Origin: Roseibacillus sp.
GTDB taxonomy: Bacteria > Verrucomicrobiota > Verrucomicrobiia > Verrucomicrobiales > Akkermansiaceae
Length of the DNA: 64,000 nucleotides
Direction: 5' to 3'
Assembly (NCBI GenBank): GCA_051251855.1
Contig: JBPOGI010000001.1
Span: 160,001 to 224,000, forward strand
The translations under genes were made by a program, and so were the position numbers. The notes under the pieces were generated by a model. That model saw only the letters and a list, made by a program, of their open reading frames with translations. It was not told where the DNA came from and did no database searches. Shown here piece by piece: positions 48,679 to 58,656 of the stretch; position 1 is the stretch's first letter; every line of letters begins with the position of its first letter.

Positions 48679-48913
48679 TGTGTTCTTTACGGTTGAGTGA
48701 ACGTTATCTTAGCGGGCAATTTTTGGTCGGAAAGTCGCAAAATTGAGCATTTTGCCATGCGGACTGATTTAGTGGAGGCGCTTTGGGAACTCTAGGGGCA
48801 AGGTCGACTTTTGCTTGGTCCTTGCAGCCCGAGCTGAGACCCGATGAGAAGATGGCGAGGTTGGGGCGGCGAGGAGGGGCTCTCACGATCCCCTTGGCGC
48901 AGTCTTTTTTAGC

Positions 48914-51900
48914 TTAGGCCTTGGCGATTTCTACCGCTGACTCGTGCTTGGCTTCTTCAACTTCCAAGGTGTGACGGTCTTTCGGAATGACGCGTAGCAT
49001 GCTTTGTAGGGCCTTATCCCAATCAGCGAGAAGTTGCTGGGCTTTTGGAGATCCCGTTTTTTCGAAATGAGCTTCAATGAGTCCTTTGACTTCCGCGATG
49101 TCGGCATCTCGGGAGACGGGGAGGGCGACCACCATTTCGGGGTTGAGACGAGACTGGAATTGGCCGTCTTCATCGAGAATGTAAGCGACTCCGCCCGACA
49201 TACCGGCTCCGAAGTTCTTTCCGGTGAGGCCGAGGATGACGACAAGGCCATTGGTCATGTATTCGCAACCATGGTCGCCAACTCCTTCGCAGACGGTGGT
49301 AGCACCGGAGTTTCTTACGCAGAAGCGTTCTCCGGCACGACCGTTGACATAGAGTTCGCCACCAGTGGCTCCGTAGAGAACGGTGTTGCCGACAATGGAG
49401 TTTTCGGAAGCCTCAAAGCTAGGGGACATGTCCGTTGGTGGATGAACGATGATAGAGCCGCCAGCCATCCCTTTGCCGACATAGTCGTTGCCCTCTCCGA
49501 TGAGGGTAAGAGCTACTCCTCCGCAGAGGAAGGTTCCAAAGGATTGTCCTGCGGAACCGGTGAAGGTGAGTTTGACGGTGTCTTTGGGGAGTCCGTGGTT
49601 GGCGTAAACTTCGGCGATGCGTCCCGAGAGGCGAGTGCCGATGTTGCGGTCGGTATTGACGACTGGATAAGTCTTCTCGAAGGGAGCGCTGTCCATGAAG
49701 AGGCTGGCGGGATTACTTTCAGCTGCTGCTCCGGTGTGGGCGCGGAGGTCGTCGAGGATTTGCAGGTCGAGGGCTGGCTTGTGAATGCCCATGTTGCGTT
49801 CGTGGGTGCGGAAACGCTCGCCGCCGTTGGCTGGAATGGCTTCTTTGAGGACTTTAGAGAGGTCGACGGTAGAAGCTTTGGGGTGATTGGGGACTTCGCG
49901 TTGTACGAGGTAGCCGGTATGACCAATCATCTCATCAACAGTGCGGATGCCAAGGCTGGCCATGTGTTGACGAGCTTCTTCGGCGACCCCCATCATGAAG
50001 TTGACGACGTGGTCGGGGGTTCCTTTAAACTTCGCACGCCACTTGGGAGAGGTGGTGGCGACTCCTACTGGGCAGTTGTTGAGGTGGCACTTACGTACGT
50101 AGACGCAGCCCATCGCAATCATGGCGATGGTTCCAAAGTTAAATTGTTCTGCTCCGAGCATGGCGCCAATAACGACATCGCGGCCGTTGCGGAAGCCTCC
50201 GTCGGTGCGGAGGACGACACGGTCGCGAAGGTTGTTCATGACCAAAGTTTGTTGGGCTTCGGCGACACCGAGTTCCCAAGGGAGGCCGCAATGCTTGGTC
50301 GAGGAGAGGGGAGAGGCTGCGGTTCCGCCATCGTGACCGGAAACCAAGATGTTGTCGGCGCAAGCTTTGGCGACTCCAGCAGCAACGGTTCCGACTCCTG
50401 CTTCAGCGACGAGCTTGACGGTGACGCGAGCGGAAGGGTTGACCTCTTTGAGGTCGTGAATGAGCTGCGCCAAATCCTCAATACTATAAATATCGTGGTG
50501 AGGCGGTGGCGAGATGAGTTGGACGCCGGGCTGAGTGTTGCGCAGGCGGGCGATAAGGCCGTTGACCTTGTGGCCGGGCAATTGTCCACCTTCGCCGGGC
50601 TTGGCTCCTTGCGCCATCTTGATTTCGATCTCGGCACAATTGACGAGATAGTGAGCGCTCACGCCAAAGCGACCGGAGGCAACTTGCTTAATGGCTGAGC
50701 GGGCGTTGTCCCCGTTGGGGTAGGGCTCGAAACGGCGGGTGTCTTCGCCGCCTTCGCCGGAATCGGATTTGCCGCCGAGACGGTTCATGGCGATGGCGAG
50801 GGTTTCGTGGGCCTCGGGCGAGAGGGCTCCGAGAGACATCGCAGCCGTTGTGAAACGCTTAACGATGTCTTCAGCGGGCTCGACTTCATCAATCGAAATG
50901 GCGGTGGTCTTGTCGGTGCGGAACTCGAGAAGGTCCTTAATGGTGATTGGGTTGTTCGAGAGGGAGGCTTTGACGTATTCGTCATAGTCCTCGATTTTGT
51001 TGTGCTTCACAAAGGTGTGAAGGTTGCTGATCACTTCAGTAGAAATGGCGTGGGATTCTCCAGCCTTACGATACCGATTGTAACCAGGGTCGCCGAGATC
51101 GAGCGGGGTGGTTGCGTCTGGCTCGGCGTAAGCGGTGTTGTGGCGCTGGAGGGTCTCGTGTGCGATTTCATTGAAGCCGACCCCGCCGATGCGAGTGACG
51201 GTTCCGGTGAAACAGACGTCAACCACTTCGGCCCCGACTCCGAGGGCTTCGAAAATTTGCGCTCCTTGATAAGAGTTGAGGACGGAGATGCCCATTTTGG
51301 ACATGATTTTGAGAAGGCCTTTCTCGAGGGCCTTGCGATAGTTGGCCATCGCGATTTCAGGAGTGAGATCCTCGGGGAACTTGTGCTTTTTGATGAGCTT
51401 TTCATCGTTAAGGATCGCGCGAGCAGTGGCGTAACCTAGGTAAGGGCAGACTGCGGTAGCGCCGTAGCCGAATAGGCAAGCGATTTGGTGCGTGTCGCGT
51501 GCTTCACCGGTTTCGATGACGAGAGAGGCGCGAAGACGCTTGCGAGTCTTGGTGAGGTAATGGTGCACGGCTCCGGTGACCATGAGGGAAGGAATAGCGG
51601 CGCGTTCGGCGCAGACTTCCTTGTCGGAAAGAATGAGGATTTCTACTCCGTCATCGACTGCCTTTTCGGCAGACTTGCAGAGGGCCTCCACCGCGGTGCG
51701 AAGGCCAAAGGCTCCGTCTCCGGCGGGGAAGGTGGTGTCTAACACTGCGGACTTGAAGCCGTGCTCGTCGCGCTCCTTGATGTATTCGATTTCCTGTTCA
51801 AAGAGGATGGCTGATTCCAAGTGAAGAATGCGTCCGTGGGCAGGTGACTCGCTGAGAATGTTGCGCTCGCGACCGAGACCTGCGGCGAGAGTCATGACTG

Positions 51901-53533
51901 CCCATTCGCGGATTGGGTCAATCGGTGGGTTCGTGACTTGGGCGAAGAGTTGCTTGAAGTAAGTGAAGAGGAGACGGGGATACCGAGAAAGGGGAGCAAG
52001 AGGAATGTCGTCCCCCATGGAGAAGACCGCTTCTTGGGACCCTTTGACCATGGGAGGAAAGACCATGTCGAGGTCTTCGGCCGTGACACCATGGGTCACT
52101 TGAAGGCGGGAGAGTTCGATGGGGTCGAATTCGCAGGTGGGAGAGTGAGGCTGGTGAGAAACGAACTTTTTGAGTTCGACGCGGTTTTCGTCGACCCACT
52201 TACCGTAGTTTTGCTTGGCTGCGAGACTGTTTTTGATTTCGCGGTCAAGGAGGAGGTCACCGGTAACGGTGTTGGCAGAAATCATCTGGCCGGGTCCGAG
52301 ACGACCACGGGCTGCGATTTGATTGTCGGGGACGGGGCTGGTTCCTGATTCTGAACCGATGATGAGAAGACCTTCTTGTGTGAGAGTGTAACGAGAGGGG
52401 CGGAGACCGTTGCGGTCGAGAGAGGCGCAGACTTTTTCTCCGTCGGTGAAGACGAGTCCCGCAGGTCCGTCCCAAGGCTCGGCAAAGGAACGGTGGTAGT
52501 GGAAGAAGTCTTGAATTTCTTCGGAAAGCTCCAGGTCGTGGCGGAAGGCTGGGGGAACCAGCATGCACATGGCGTGCTCCAAGGAGCGTCCGGACAGGAT
52601 TAGGATCTCCAAAGCGTGGTCGAGGGAAGCGGAGTCGGACTCCTTGCCGGACATGACGCCTTTAAGGAGATCGATGTCGTTGCCCCAAACTTCATTTTCG
52701 AAAAATTCTTCGCGGGAAGCCCACCAGTTTCGGTTGCCGCGCACGGTGTTGATCTCGCCGTTGTGGCACATCATTCGGAAGGGTTGTCCGAGTGGCCAAG
52801 CGGGAAAGGTGTTGGTGGAGAAACGCTGGTGATAGAGCGCGAGAGCGACTTGGAAATCAGAGTCCTGCAAGTCCCCGTAGAAGGCTTGCAGGGTAGCGGG
52901 CATCGCGAGGCCTTTGTAAGAAATGAGGCGTGAGGAGAGGGTCGGGATGTAGAAGTTAGGAACCTCCGCAAACTGGCGTTCAATAGTACGGCGCACGAGG
53001 TAGAGTTGGCGCTCGAAGTGATCGGGCTCCCAATCGCGGGGTCTTTCAAGAAGAAGGTGCTGAATGTTGGGCTGGCTGAGGGCGGCGAGCTTGCCGAGCT
53101 CATCGGAATGGACGGGGACTTCGCGCCAACCAAGAACTTTGATACCTCGTGCGGTAGCAATAGAGACTGCGGTCTCTTGGATAGAATTTGCGCCAGCGGC
53201 ATCCTCAGTGGGGAGGAAGAAGACTCCGACTGCGAGGTCGTTGATATCGCGGATAGAGAGACTGAGCTTACTGAGCTCGCGGGAGAAGAGAGTGCGAGGA
53301 ATCTGGGTGAGAATACCGGAGCCATCACCTGTTTTGCCATCGGCATCAATTGCTCCTCGGTGGGTCATGTTGCAGACCGAATCGATGGCGCGTTCGATGA
53401 TTTCGAATGATTTGACGCCGCCTAGGTGAGCAATAGCTCCCATACCGCAGTTGTCCTTTTCGTTGGCAAAAGAGTGCAGGGTTCCGGTGGAATCAGGAGT
53501 GAAATCGGGATGGTAAGGAGAATGGCTGGTCAT
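48914..53533 (-). CDS. gltB: Glutamate synthase large subunit
   Basis: NCG N-terminal nucleophile, HQRFSTNT, QVASGRFGV, GAKPGEGGQLPG, CVYVRKCHLNNC, GXGXG domain; start may extend to 53590. Confidence 0.97.
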   Translation of the reverse strand: MTSHSPYHPDFTPDSTGTLHSFANEKDNCGMGAIAHLGGVKSFEIIERAIDSVCNMTHRGAIDADGKTGDGSGILTQIPRTLFSRELSKLSLSIRDINDLAVGVFFLPTEDAAGANSIQETAVSIATARGIKVLGWREVPVHSDELGKLAALSQPNIQHLLLERPRDWEPDHFERQLYLVRRTIERQFAEVPNFYIPTLSSRLISYKGLAMPATLQAFYGDLQDSDFQVALALYHQRFSTNTFPAWPLGQPFRMMCHNGEINTVRGNRNWWASREEFFENEVWGNDIDLLKGVMSGKESDSASLDHALEILILSGRSLEHAMCMLVPPAFRHDLELSEEIQDFFHYHRSFAEPWDGPAGLVFTDGEKVCASLDRNGLRPSRYTLTQEGLLIIGSESGTSPVPDNQIAARGRLGPGQMISANTVTGDLLLDREIKNSLAAKQNYGKWVDENRVELKKFVSHQPHSPTCEFDPIELSRLQVTHGVTAEDLDMVFPPMVKGSQEAVFSMGDDIPLAPLSRYPRLLFTYFKQLFAQVTNPPIDPIREWAVMTLAAGLGRERNILSESPAHGRILHLESAILFEQEIEYIKERDEHGFKSAVLDTTFPAGDGAFGLRTAVEALCKSAEKAVDDGVEILILSDKEVCAERAAIPSLMVTGAVHHYLTKTRKRLRASLVIETGEARDTHQIACLFGYGATAVCPYLGYATARAILNDEKLIKKHKFPEDLTPEIAMANYRKALEKGLLKIMSKMGISVLNSYQGAQIFEALGVGAEVVDVCFTGTVTRIGGVGFNEIAHETLQRHNTAYAEPDATTPLDLGDPGYNRYRKAGESHAISTEVISNLHTFVKHNKIEDYDEYVKASLSNNPITIKDLLEFRTDKTTAISIDEVEPAEDIVKRFTTAAMSLGALSPEAHETLAIAMNRLGGKSDSGEGGEDTRRFEPYPNGDNARSAIKQVASGRFGVSAHYLVNCAEIEIKMAQGAKPGEGGQLPGHKVNGLIARLRNTQPGVQLISPPPHHDIYSIEDLAQLIHDLKEVNPSARVTVKLVAEAGVGTVAAGVAKACADNILVSGHDGGTAASPLSSTKHCGLPWELGVAEAQQTLVMNNLRDRVVLRTDGGFRNGRDVVIGAMLGAEQFNFGTIAMIAMGCVYVRKCHLNNCPVGVATTSPKWRAKFKGTPDHVVNFMMGVAEEARQHMASLGIRTVDEMIGHTGYLVQREVPNHPKASTVDLSKVLKEAIPANGGERFRTHERNMGIHKPALDLQILDDLRAHTGAAAESNPASLFMDSAPFEKTYPVVNTDRNIGTRLSGRIAEVYANHGLPKDTVKLTFTGSAGQSFGTFLCGGVALTLIGEGNDYVGKGMAGGSIIVHPPTDMSPSFEASENSIVGNTVLYGATGGELYVNGRAGERFCVRNSGATTVCEGVGDHGCEYMTNGLVVILGLTGKNFGAGMSGGVAYILDEDGQFQSRLNPEMVVALPVSRDADIAEVKGLIEAHFEKTGSPKAQQLLADWDKALQSMLRVIPKDRHTLEVEEAKHESAVEIAKA

Positions 53534-53664
53534 GAAGTTGTCTTTGGCTGAAGTCGTTTCCAGGGGGTCTAAGAATGTCTTTCCCGTCAATTCATCTCGG
53601 ATGGCAAAATTTCAAGTCTTTTCAGCAATCGCGAGCGGATGTCGGGGCGCGCAAAATAGGGAAG

Positions 53665-53681
53665 AGCAGCTGTCCTGCCAA
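53665..53681 (-). promoter_or_regulatory. Candidate sigma54 promoter of gltB
   Basis: TTGGCAGGACAGCTGCT: GG-N10-GC spacing. Confidence 0.5.
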
Positions 53682-53758
53682 GAAAATCGTCATCCTGAAA
53701 TTTCCTTGGTTCCGTTCTTGCTTGGGAATGGGTGCTGTGGTGAGGATGCGCGACCCTT

Positions 53759-54748
53759 ATGTCCGCCGATATTTCGCTCTCCGAGCTTGTCTCTCTCTTC
53801 GAGGCTCATTCCTCTTTCGTGCTGAGCAGCCATCTACGCCCAGACGGGGACGCGATCGGTTCGATGTTGGGTTTGGGACTGATTCTTGAGGGGTTAGGAA
53901 AGCAAGTGCGCTACATTCATCAGGATGGGGTGCCCGGGAATTTGACCTTTTTGGAGGTGAAGGGGAAAGAGCGCGTGATTCGCACGAGTGAGCTGGATGC
54001 GGTGGAGGGAGAGGTTTTTGTGGCTCTAGATACCGCGAATGAGGAGCGTTTGGGCGAAACCGTGCTCGCGTTGGTGCCTCAGGGAGTCAAGCGAGTGATT
54101 ATTGACCACCACATCACGAACGAGCGCTATGGCGACCTCGTTTGGGTCGATGCGGAAGCTCCTGCGACAGCGCAAATGGTATGGGAGCTGGCAATGGCGG
54201 GAGGCTGGGAGATTCCTGCGGCGGCTGGGATGGCTCTGTATGTGGGGGCTTCAACGGATACGGGGTCTTTTCAATATGCCAATACTACGGCGCGAACCCA
54301 TGAGATGGCGGCACACTTGGTGGCTGCTGGCTTGGATGTGGCAGAGGTGAATCGGCTGACTTATCAGAATTTTCCTTTCCGGAGGGTGGAGCTTTTGCGG
54401 CTGCTTCTGCAGAGCTTGGAGCGCAGTGAAGATGGGCGCTTGGCTTGGTGGAGTCTGACGATGGAGATGAAGCAGGCGGTCGGCTATCAACCGGGAGACA
54501 GTGAGGGTTTAGTGGATGTGATGCGGGGTATCGATGAGGTGGTGGCCTGTGTCTTTTTCGAGGAGATTAATGATGGCTCCATTCGGGTTTCCACTCGCTC
54601 TAAGTCCGAGTCTGTGAATGTGAGTGAACTTTGTGGGCTTTTTGGCGGAGGGGGTCATATTTTAGCCGCGGGTGCGCGATTGGAGGGCCCTATCGAAGTG
54701 GCCCGTGAGCGGGTGGTGGCGGCCTTGAAAGAGGCCGCGGCTCAGTAG
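53759..54748 (+). CDS. DHH family phosphoesterase (NrnA-like)
   Basis: HLRPDGDA, IDHH, TDTGSF, GGGGH. Confidence 0.9.
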   Translation: MSADISLSELVSLFEAHSSFVLSSHLRPDGDAIGSMLGLGLILEGLGKQVRYIHQDGVPGNLTFLEVKGKERVIRTSELDAVEGEVFVALDTANEERLGETVLALVPQGVKRVIIDHHITNERYGDLVWVDAEAPATAQMVWELAMAGGWEIPAAAGMALYVGASTDTGSFQYANTTARTHEMAAHLVAAGLDVAEVNRLTYQNFPFRRVELLRLLLQSLERSEDGRLAWWSLTMEMKQAVGYQPGDSEGLVDVMRGIDEVVACVFFEEINDGSIRVSTRSKSESVNVSELCGLFGGGGHILAAGARLEGPIEVARERVVAALKEAAAQ

Positions 54749-54764
54749 AAATATTTTCAATTAG

Positions 54765-55490
54765 ATGAATCAAAACGAACAGATACCAAGCGGCGTGTTA
54801 CTCGTCGATAAGGCTCAGGATATGACTTCTCATGATGCGGTTGCTATTGCGCGACGCTCTCTGGGAATTAAGAAAATTGGCCATTGTGGAACGCTCGATC
54901 CGATGGCGACGGGGCTTCTCATGCTGGTGGTGGGGAAAGCGACGAAGATTCAGGACTTGCTGATGAGCGAGGACAAAGAATACGTGGGCACGCTGACTTT
55001 GGGAGCGACGACGAATACCCAGGATGCCAAGGGTGAGATTTTGGTGGAGAAGCCGTTTGATCATGTGAATGACGAAATGGTGCGTGAGGCTTTCGAAAAA
55101 TACACCGGCAACTTCGAGCAGATTCCACCCATGGTTTCTGCCATTAAGAAGGATGGAGTTCCTCTTTATAAGTTGGCGCGCAAGGGGGTGGAAGTGGTTC
55201 GCGAGCCGAGACCGATTTACGTGACTGGGTACGAGATTAATCGCATTGCCTTACCCGAAGTCGATTTTGTGGTTCAGTGCTCGAAGGGCTTTTACGTGCG
55301 AACTTATGCTCACGATATTGGGGCAGACTTGGACTGCGGAGCGCATTTGAGTGCTTTGCGTCGCACGCGGTCGGGTAAATTTACGCTGGAGAGGGCGATT
55401 ACGGTGGATCAGCTGAAGAACGGGGAGCGAGAAGAGTTGCTGAACTCCATGGTGAGCTTGGCGGAGATTTCCTTGATGCGGGGGGCTTAG
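54765..55490 (+). CDS. truB: tRNA pseudouridine(55) synthase
   Basis: GHCGTLDPMATG, PPMVSAIK, CSKGFYVRT. Confidence 0.96.
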   Translation: MNQNEQIPSGVLLVDKAQDMTSHDAVAIARRSLGIKKIGHCGTLDPMATGLLMLVVGKATKIQDLLMSEDKEYVGTLTLGATTNTQDAKGEILVEKPFDHVNDEMVREAFEKYTGNFEQIPPMVSAIKKDGVPLYKLARKGVEVVREPRPIYVTGYEINRIALPEVDFVVQCSKGFYVRTYAHDIGADLDCGAHLSALRRTRSGKFTLERAITVDQLKNGEREELLNSMVSLAEISLMRGA

Positions 55491-55517
55491 GTTGCGGGTT
55501 TTTAGTGGGGTTTTAAC

Positions 55518-55551
55518 CGCAGAGGCGCTGAGGTCGCGGAGGAACGCGGAG
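55518..55551. repeat. Cluster of CGC[A/G/T]GAG heptamers
   Basis: cgcagag 55518, cgctgag 55526, cgcggag 55535, cgcggag 55545. Confidence 0.7.
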
Positions 55552-55652
55552 TTTTTTCAGAGAGAGGCTTTGGAGAAAGTTTTTGCGGAGCTGCTGTGGT
55601 GACAAAGCGGGCTGGGTGGGCTTTCTCGGCATCTTTTCCGCCCGGGTTGTTA

Positions 55653-55854
55653 TACCACTCCGAGTTTCAAAAGAGACAAATGATGCTTTTTCGGCTTTTG
55701 GAATTTGCGCTTTGCGACAGCTGGAAAAGGCCGGACGCTTTTCCGAAATAGCAGCGTTTTTCCTCGGTCATGGTGCTTGCACCACTCCCTCGTCATGCCT
55801 TGCTTTTTCAAAAAATCGCACCGGCATTTGTCTCTTTTGAAACTCTACTTGGTA
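55653..55854. mobile_element. MITE (non-autonomous element) with 30-bp TIRs and TTA target-site duplication
   Basis: TIRs TACCACTCCGAGTTTCAAAAGAGACAAATG / TACCAAGTAGAGTTTCAAAAGAGACAAATG (26/30, 21-bp perfect core); TTA at 55650-55652 and 55855-55857. Confidence 0.8.
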
Positions 55855-55918
55855 TTACCAACCCGGCTTCGCTAGAGAGGAAGTGGGGGGGGACTCGCGG
55901 TCCAGATGGGTGGGCACG

Positions 55919-55944
55919 AAAAAAGACGCCTCAAAGGGCGTCTT
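55919..55944 (-). terminator. Rho-independent terminator after hisG and the bS22-like gene
   Basis: Minus strand AAGACGCC-CTTTGA-GGCGTCTT followed by T-run. Confidence 0.75.
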
Positions 55945-55991
55945 GAGTGGGGTCCGTGCACAGGGACGGAGCAAGCTAGGTTGCGAAGAAC

Positions 55992-56096
55992 CTAGGACTT
56001 GTAGCGAAGGCGCTTCTTGTGGCGGTTGGCGCGCATACGCTTCTTCCGCTTGTGCTTATTGATTTTTGTTTTCCGGCGTTTCTTTAATGAGCCCAT
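55992..56096 (-). CDS. 30S ribosomal protein bS22-like / AURKAIP1-COX24 domain peptide; not in ORF track
   Basis: MGSLKKRRKTKINKHKRKKRMRANRHKKRLRYKS*. Confidence 0.88.
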   Translation of the reverse strand: MGSLKKRRKTKINKHKRKKRMRANRHKKRLRYKS

Positions 56097-56139
56097 AAGG
56101 TGTTTCTGTGGTTCGGGTTCTTACTTTCTTAAGAGTGAT

Positions 56140-57015
56140 TTAAGGGACGATCTTATTGAGGGGGAATTCGATGATACCTTCCGCGCCCAGTACTTTCAAG
56201 TCAGGGATGATTTGACGGGCAACTGATTCGCAGATGACGGTTTCAACTGCTACCCAGTCGCCATCAGCGAGAGGGGAGACGGTGGGGCGGCGAAGGGAGG
56301 GGAGGATTTGGAGGACGGCGTCGAGAGAGTTTTGGGGGAGGTTGAGCTTGAGCCCTACTTTGTCGCGAGCTTCCAGCGCTCCCTTGATCATCATGACGAT
56401 ACGATCCATTTTTTCTTTTTTCCAATCATCGGCGTAAGAGGCCTTATTGGCGTAAAAGTGAGGGAAAGAACGAAGGAGTTCGTCGACGATGCGGAGTTTG
56501 TTGGCACGAAGAGAAGATCCGGTCTCGGTGACATCGACAATGGCGTCGACGAGGTCGGGAACTTTGACTTCAGTCGCTCCCCAAGAGAATTCCAGTTTGG
56601 CGGAAACACCCTTTTCGGCCAGGTAGCGCTCGGTAATCCCAACGCCTTCGGTGGCGATACGCTTACCTTCAAGGTCTTGGACGGTCTTGATGGGCGAGTT
56701 TTCGGGGACAACGAGGACCCAGCGGGTGGGACGAGTAGAGGCGCGAGAGTATGGAAGTTCGGCCAAATCTTCGAGGTCGGCCTTGTTTTCATAGACCCAG
56801 TCGTAGCCTGTGATGCCGCAATCGACAAAGCCTTGGTCGATGTAGCGTCCGATTTCTTGGGCTCGAATCATGTAGATATCGAGGTCCGAGTCGTCGGAGG
56901 AGGGTCGGAGACCGCGGTCAGAAGAATAGATATTGTAACCGGCCTTCTCTAGAAGAGAGAGGGTCGGGGCTTGGAGAGAGCCTTTAGGAAGGGCTATTTT
57001 CAGTTGCTGACTCAC
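56140..57015 (-). CDS. hisG: ATP phosphoribosyltransferase (long form)
   Basis: IALPKGSL, GATE, DAIVDVTETGSSLRANKL, C-terminal PTVSPL regulatory domain. Confidence 0.95.
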   Translation of the reverse strand: MSQQLKIALPKGSLQAPTLSLLEKAGYNIYSSDRGLRPSSDDSDLDIYMIRAQEIGRYIDQGFVDCGITGYDWVYENKADLEDLAELPYSRASTRPTRWVLVVPENSPIKTVQDLEGKRIATEGVGITERYLAEKGVSAKLEFSWGATEVKVPDLVDAIVDVTETGSSLRANKLRIVDELLRSFPHFYANKASYADDWKKEKMDRIVMMIKGALEARDKVGLKLNLPQNSLDAVLQILPSLRRPTVSPLADGDWVAVETVICESVARQIIPDLKVLGAEGIIEFPLNKIVP

Positions 57016-57183
57016 GGCGGGGCGGGGTTGTTAATCACGCAAGAGTGTTAAAGCAAGGATTAACCGAGTTGAAGGAGCGCTCTTTTATTCGCCGTTTTTG
57101 AGTCTTGGAGGGAAGAGAATTCAAGAGTCCGTTAAGCTTTGTTGACCGCGCGCTTGGACTAGGTAGGATTTCGCCATCTAAAC

Positions 57184-57636
57184 ATGAGTGACGCTAAACA
57201 AGCAGAAGAAGTGCTGGATTCGGTCCTAAGTAAATTGGGGTTCACCTATAGCATCGAGCAGGAGGAGGGTGAGGAAGGAACCGTGCTGCAGATTCGGACT
57301 GAGCAAGGGAAATACCTGATTGGACGCAGCGGGGATCGCCTCGATGATATCCAGTATCTTGTGAACCGGATTTTGCAGAAAAAGAATCCCGAGGCTGATC
57401 GGGTGAGGATTGATTGTGAGGATTATCGGGTGGAGCAAGAGCAGAAGCTTTGTGAAATGGTTCTGGATTCAGCTGAAAAGGTGAAGGAATCGGGTAAGCC
57501 GATTCGCTTGAAGCCTTTGAATGCTTATTATCGCCGTATTGCGCACAATGCGGTTGTGGATGATCCCGAGATCGAATCCACCTCTCCCGGGGGGAATGAC
57601 CGCATGAAGCGGATCACGCTGAGGCTGGCGAGATAG
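57184..57636 (+). CDS. Jag/KhpB-like KH-R3H RNA-binding protein
   Basis: LIGRSGDRLDDIQYL (KH), YYRRIAH (R3H). Confidence 0.85.
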   Translation: MSDAKQAEEVLDSVLSKLGFTYSIEQEEGEEGTVLQIRTEQGKYLIGRSGDRLDDIQYLVNRILQKKNPEADRVRIDCEDYRVEQEQKLCEMVLDSAEKVKESGKPIRLKPLNAYYRRIAHNAVVDDPEIESTSPGGNDRMKRITLRLAR

Positions 57637-57649
57637 TCCGCTGATTGCG

Positions 57650-58453
57650 ATGGAAGGAATTATTCTCATTTTGGCTTTCACTGCGTTGGCGGTGGGGGCC
57701 TATTTTTTGCAGCGAAAGAGGCGCGAGATGCGTCGACTCGAGTTGGCGACTTCTGTCTTTACGGAAGAGCAGCATCAGTGGGTGCGGGAAAATTGGAAGC
57801 TCTGGGACGAGTTGCCGGAAGGTCTGCGCACTGAAGTAGAAGGCTTGGCGCTGGTCTTTTTGGACGAGAAAGTCTTCGAGCCTTGCGGTGGGGTTGAGGA
57901 GGTGACTGATGAGATGCGCTTCGTGGTTGCGGCCCAGGCGTGTTTGCTGTGGGCCAATCAGCGGGGGGCTCCATATCCTGCGCTGCGCGCGATTCTGATG
58001 TATCCAGATGCTTATCGAGTGAAGGATGAGTATGGGATGGAAAGCGTTCGTCTGGGCGAAAGTTGGAGTCGTGGCACAGTGGTTTTGGCTTGGAAGAGTG
58101 TGAAGGGGGGAGGCCTTAACGATGAGGATGGGCACAATTTGGTAATTCATGAGTTTGCGCATCAGCTTGATACTGTTAACGGGCCTGCAGATGGGTTTCC
58201 CGAGCTTCCGGGGAATGCCGATTTTGATAGTTGGCCAAAGGTGTTCGCGCGTGAGTTCGAGCGTCTCTGTCGAGATGTGGAAAGTGGCCGCAAGACGGTG
58301 ATGGATGCTTATGGCGCGACCAATGAGGCTGAGTTTTTTGCAGTGGCGTCTGAGACCTTCTTTGAGAAATCACGCAATATGGAAGAGGAGCACCCAGAGT
58401 TGTATCGTCTGCTACAAGGCTTTTTCGCGACAGATCCGAAAAGTTGGTCATGA
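57650..58453 (+). CDS. M90/MtfA family zinc peptidase
   Basis: NLVIHEFAHQLD, YGATNEAEFFAVASE. Confidence 0.9.
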   Translation: MEGIILILAFTALAVGAYFLQRKRREMRRLELATSVFTEEQHQWVRENWKLWDELPEGLRTEVEGLALVFLDEKVFEPCGGVEEVTDEMRFVVAAQACLLWANQRGAPYPALRAILMYPDAYRVKDEYGMESVRLGESWSRGTVVLAWKSVKGGGLNDEDGHNLVIHEFAHQLDTVNGPADGFPELPGNADFDSWPKVFAREFERLCRDVESGRKTVMDAYGATNEAEFFAVASETFFEKSRNMEEEHPELYRLLQGFFATDPKSWS

Positions 58454-58656
58454 TATCTGACTTGCTTTGAAGATGAAGTTCTTCGAAGTGAAGTTTTATA
58501 TGTATCTCTAACTCTTATGGATGAATGGATAGCGTGGCTTTCGCGTTAGGAAGGAGTCTGGTTGGAAGTGTTTTTTTTGGAAAACGCATGTCAAATTGCA
58601 GGCTCTATCTGCCTGACAGCTGGGCTAGAACAGGGTTGCCTAAAGGGGTGAATTTC

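Noticed and set aside
49034..50698. 554-aa plus-strand ORF
   Set aside because: Antisense shadow inside gltB.
55583..55840. 85-aa ORF
   Set aside because: Runs across the MITE boundary; no transposase motifs.
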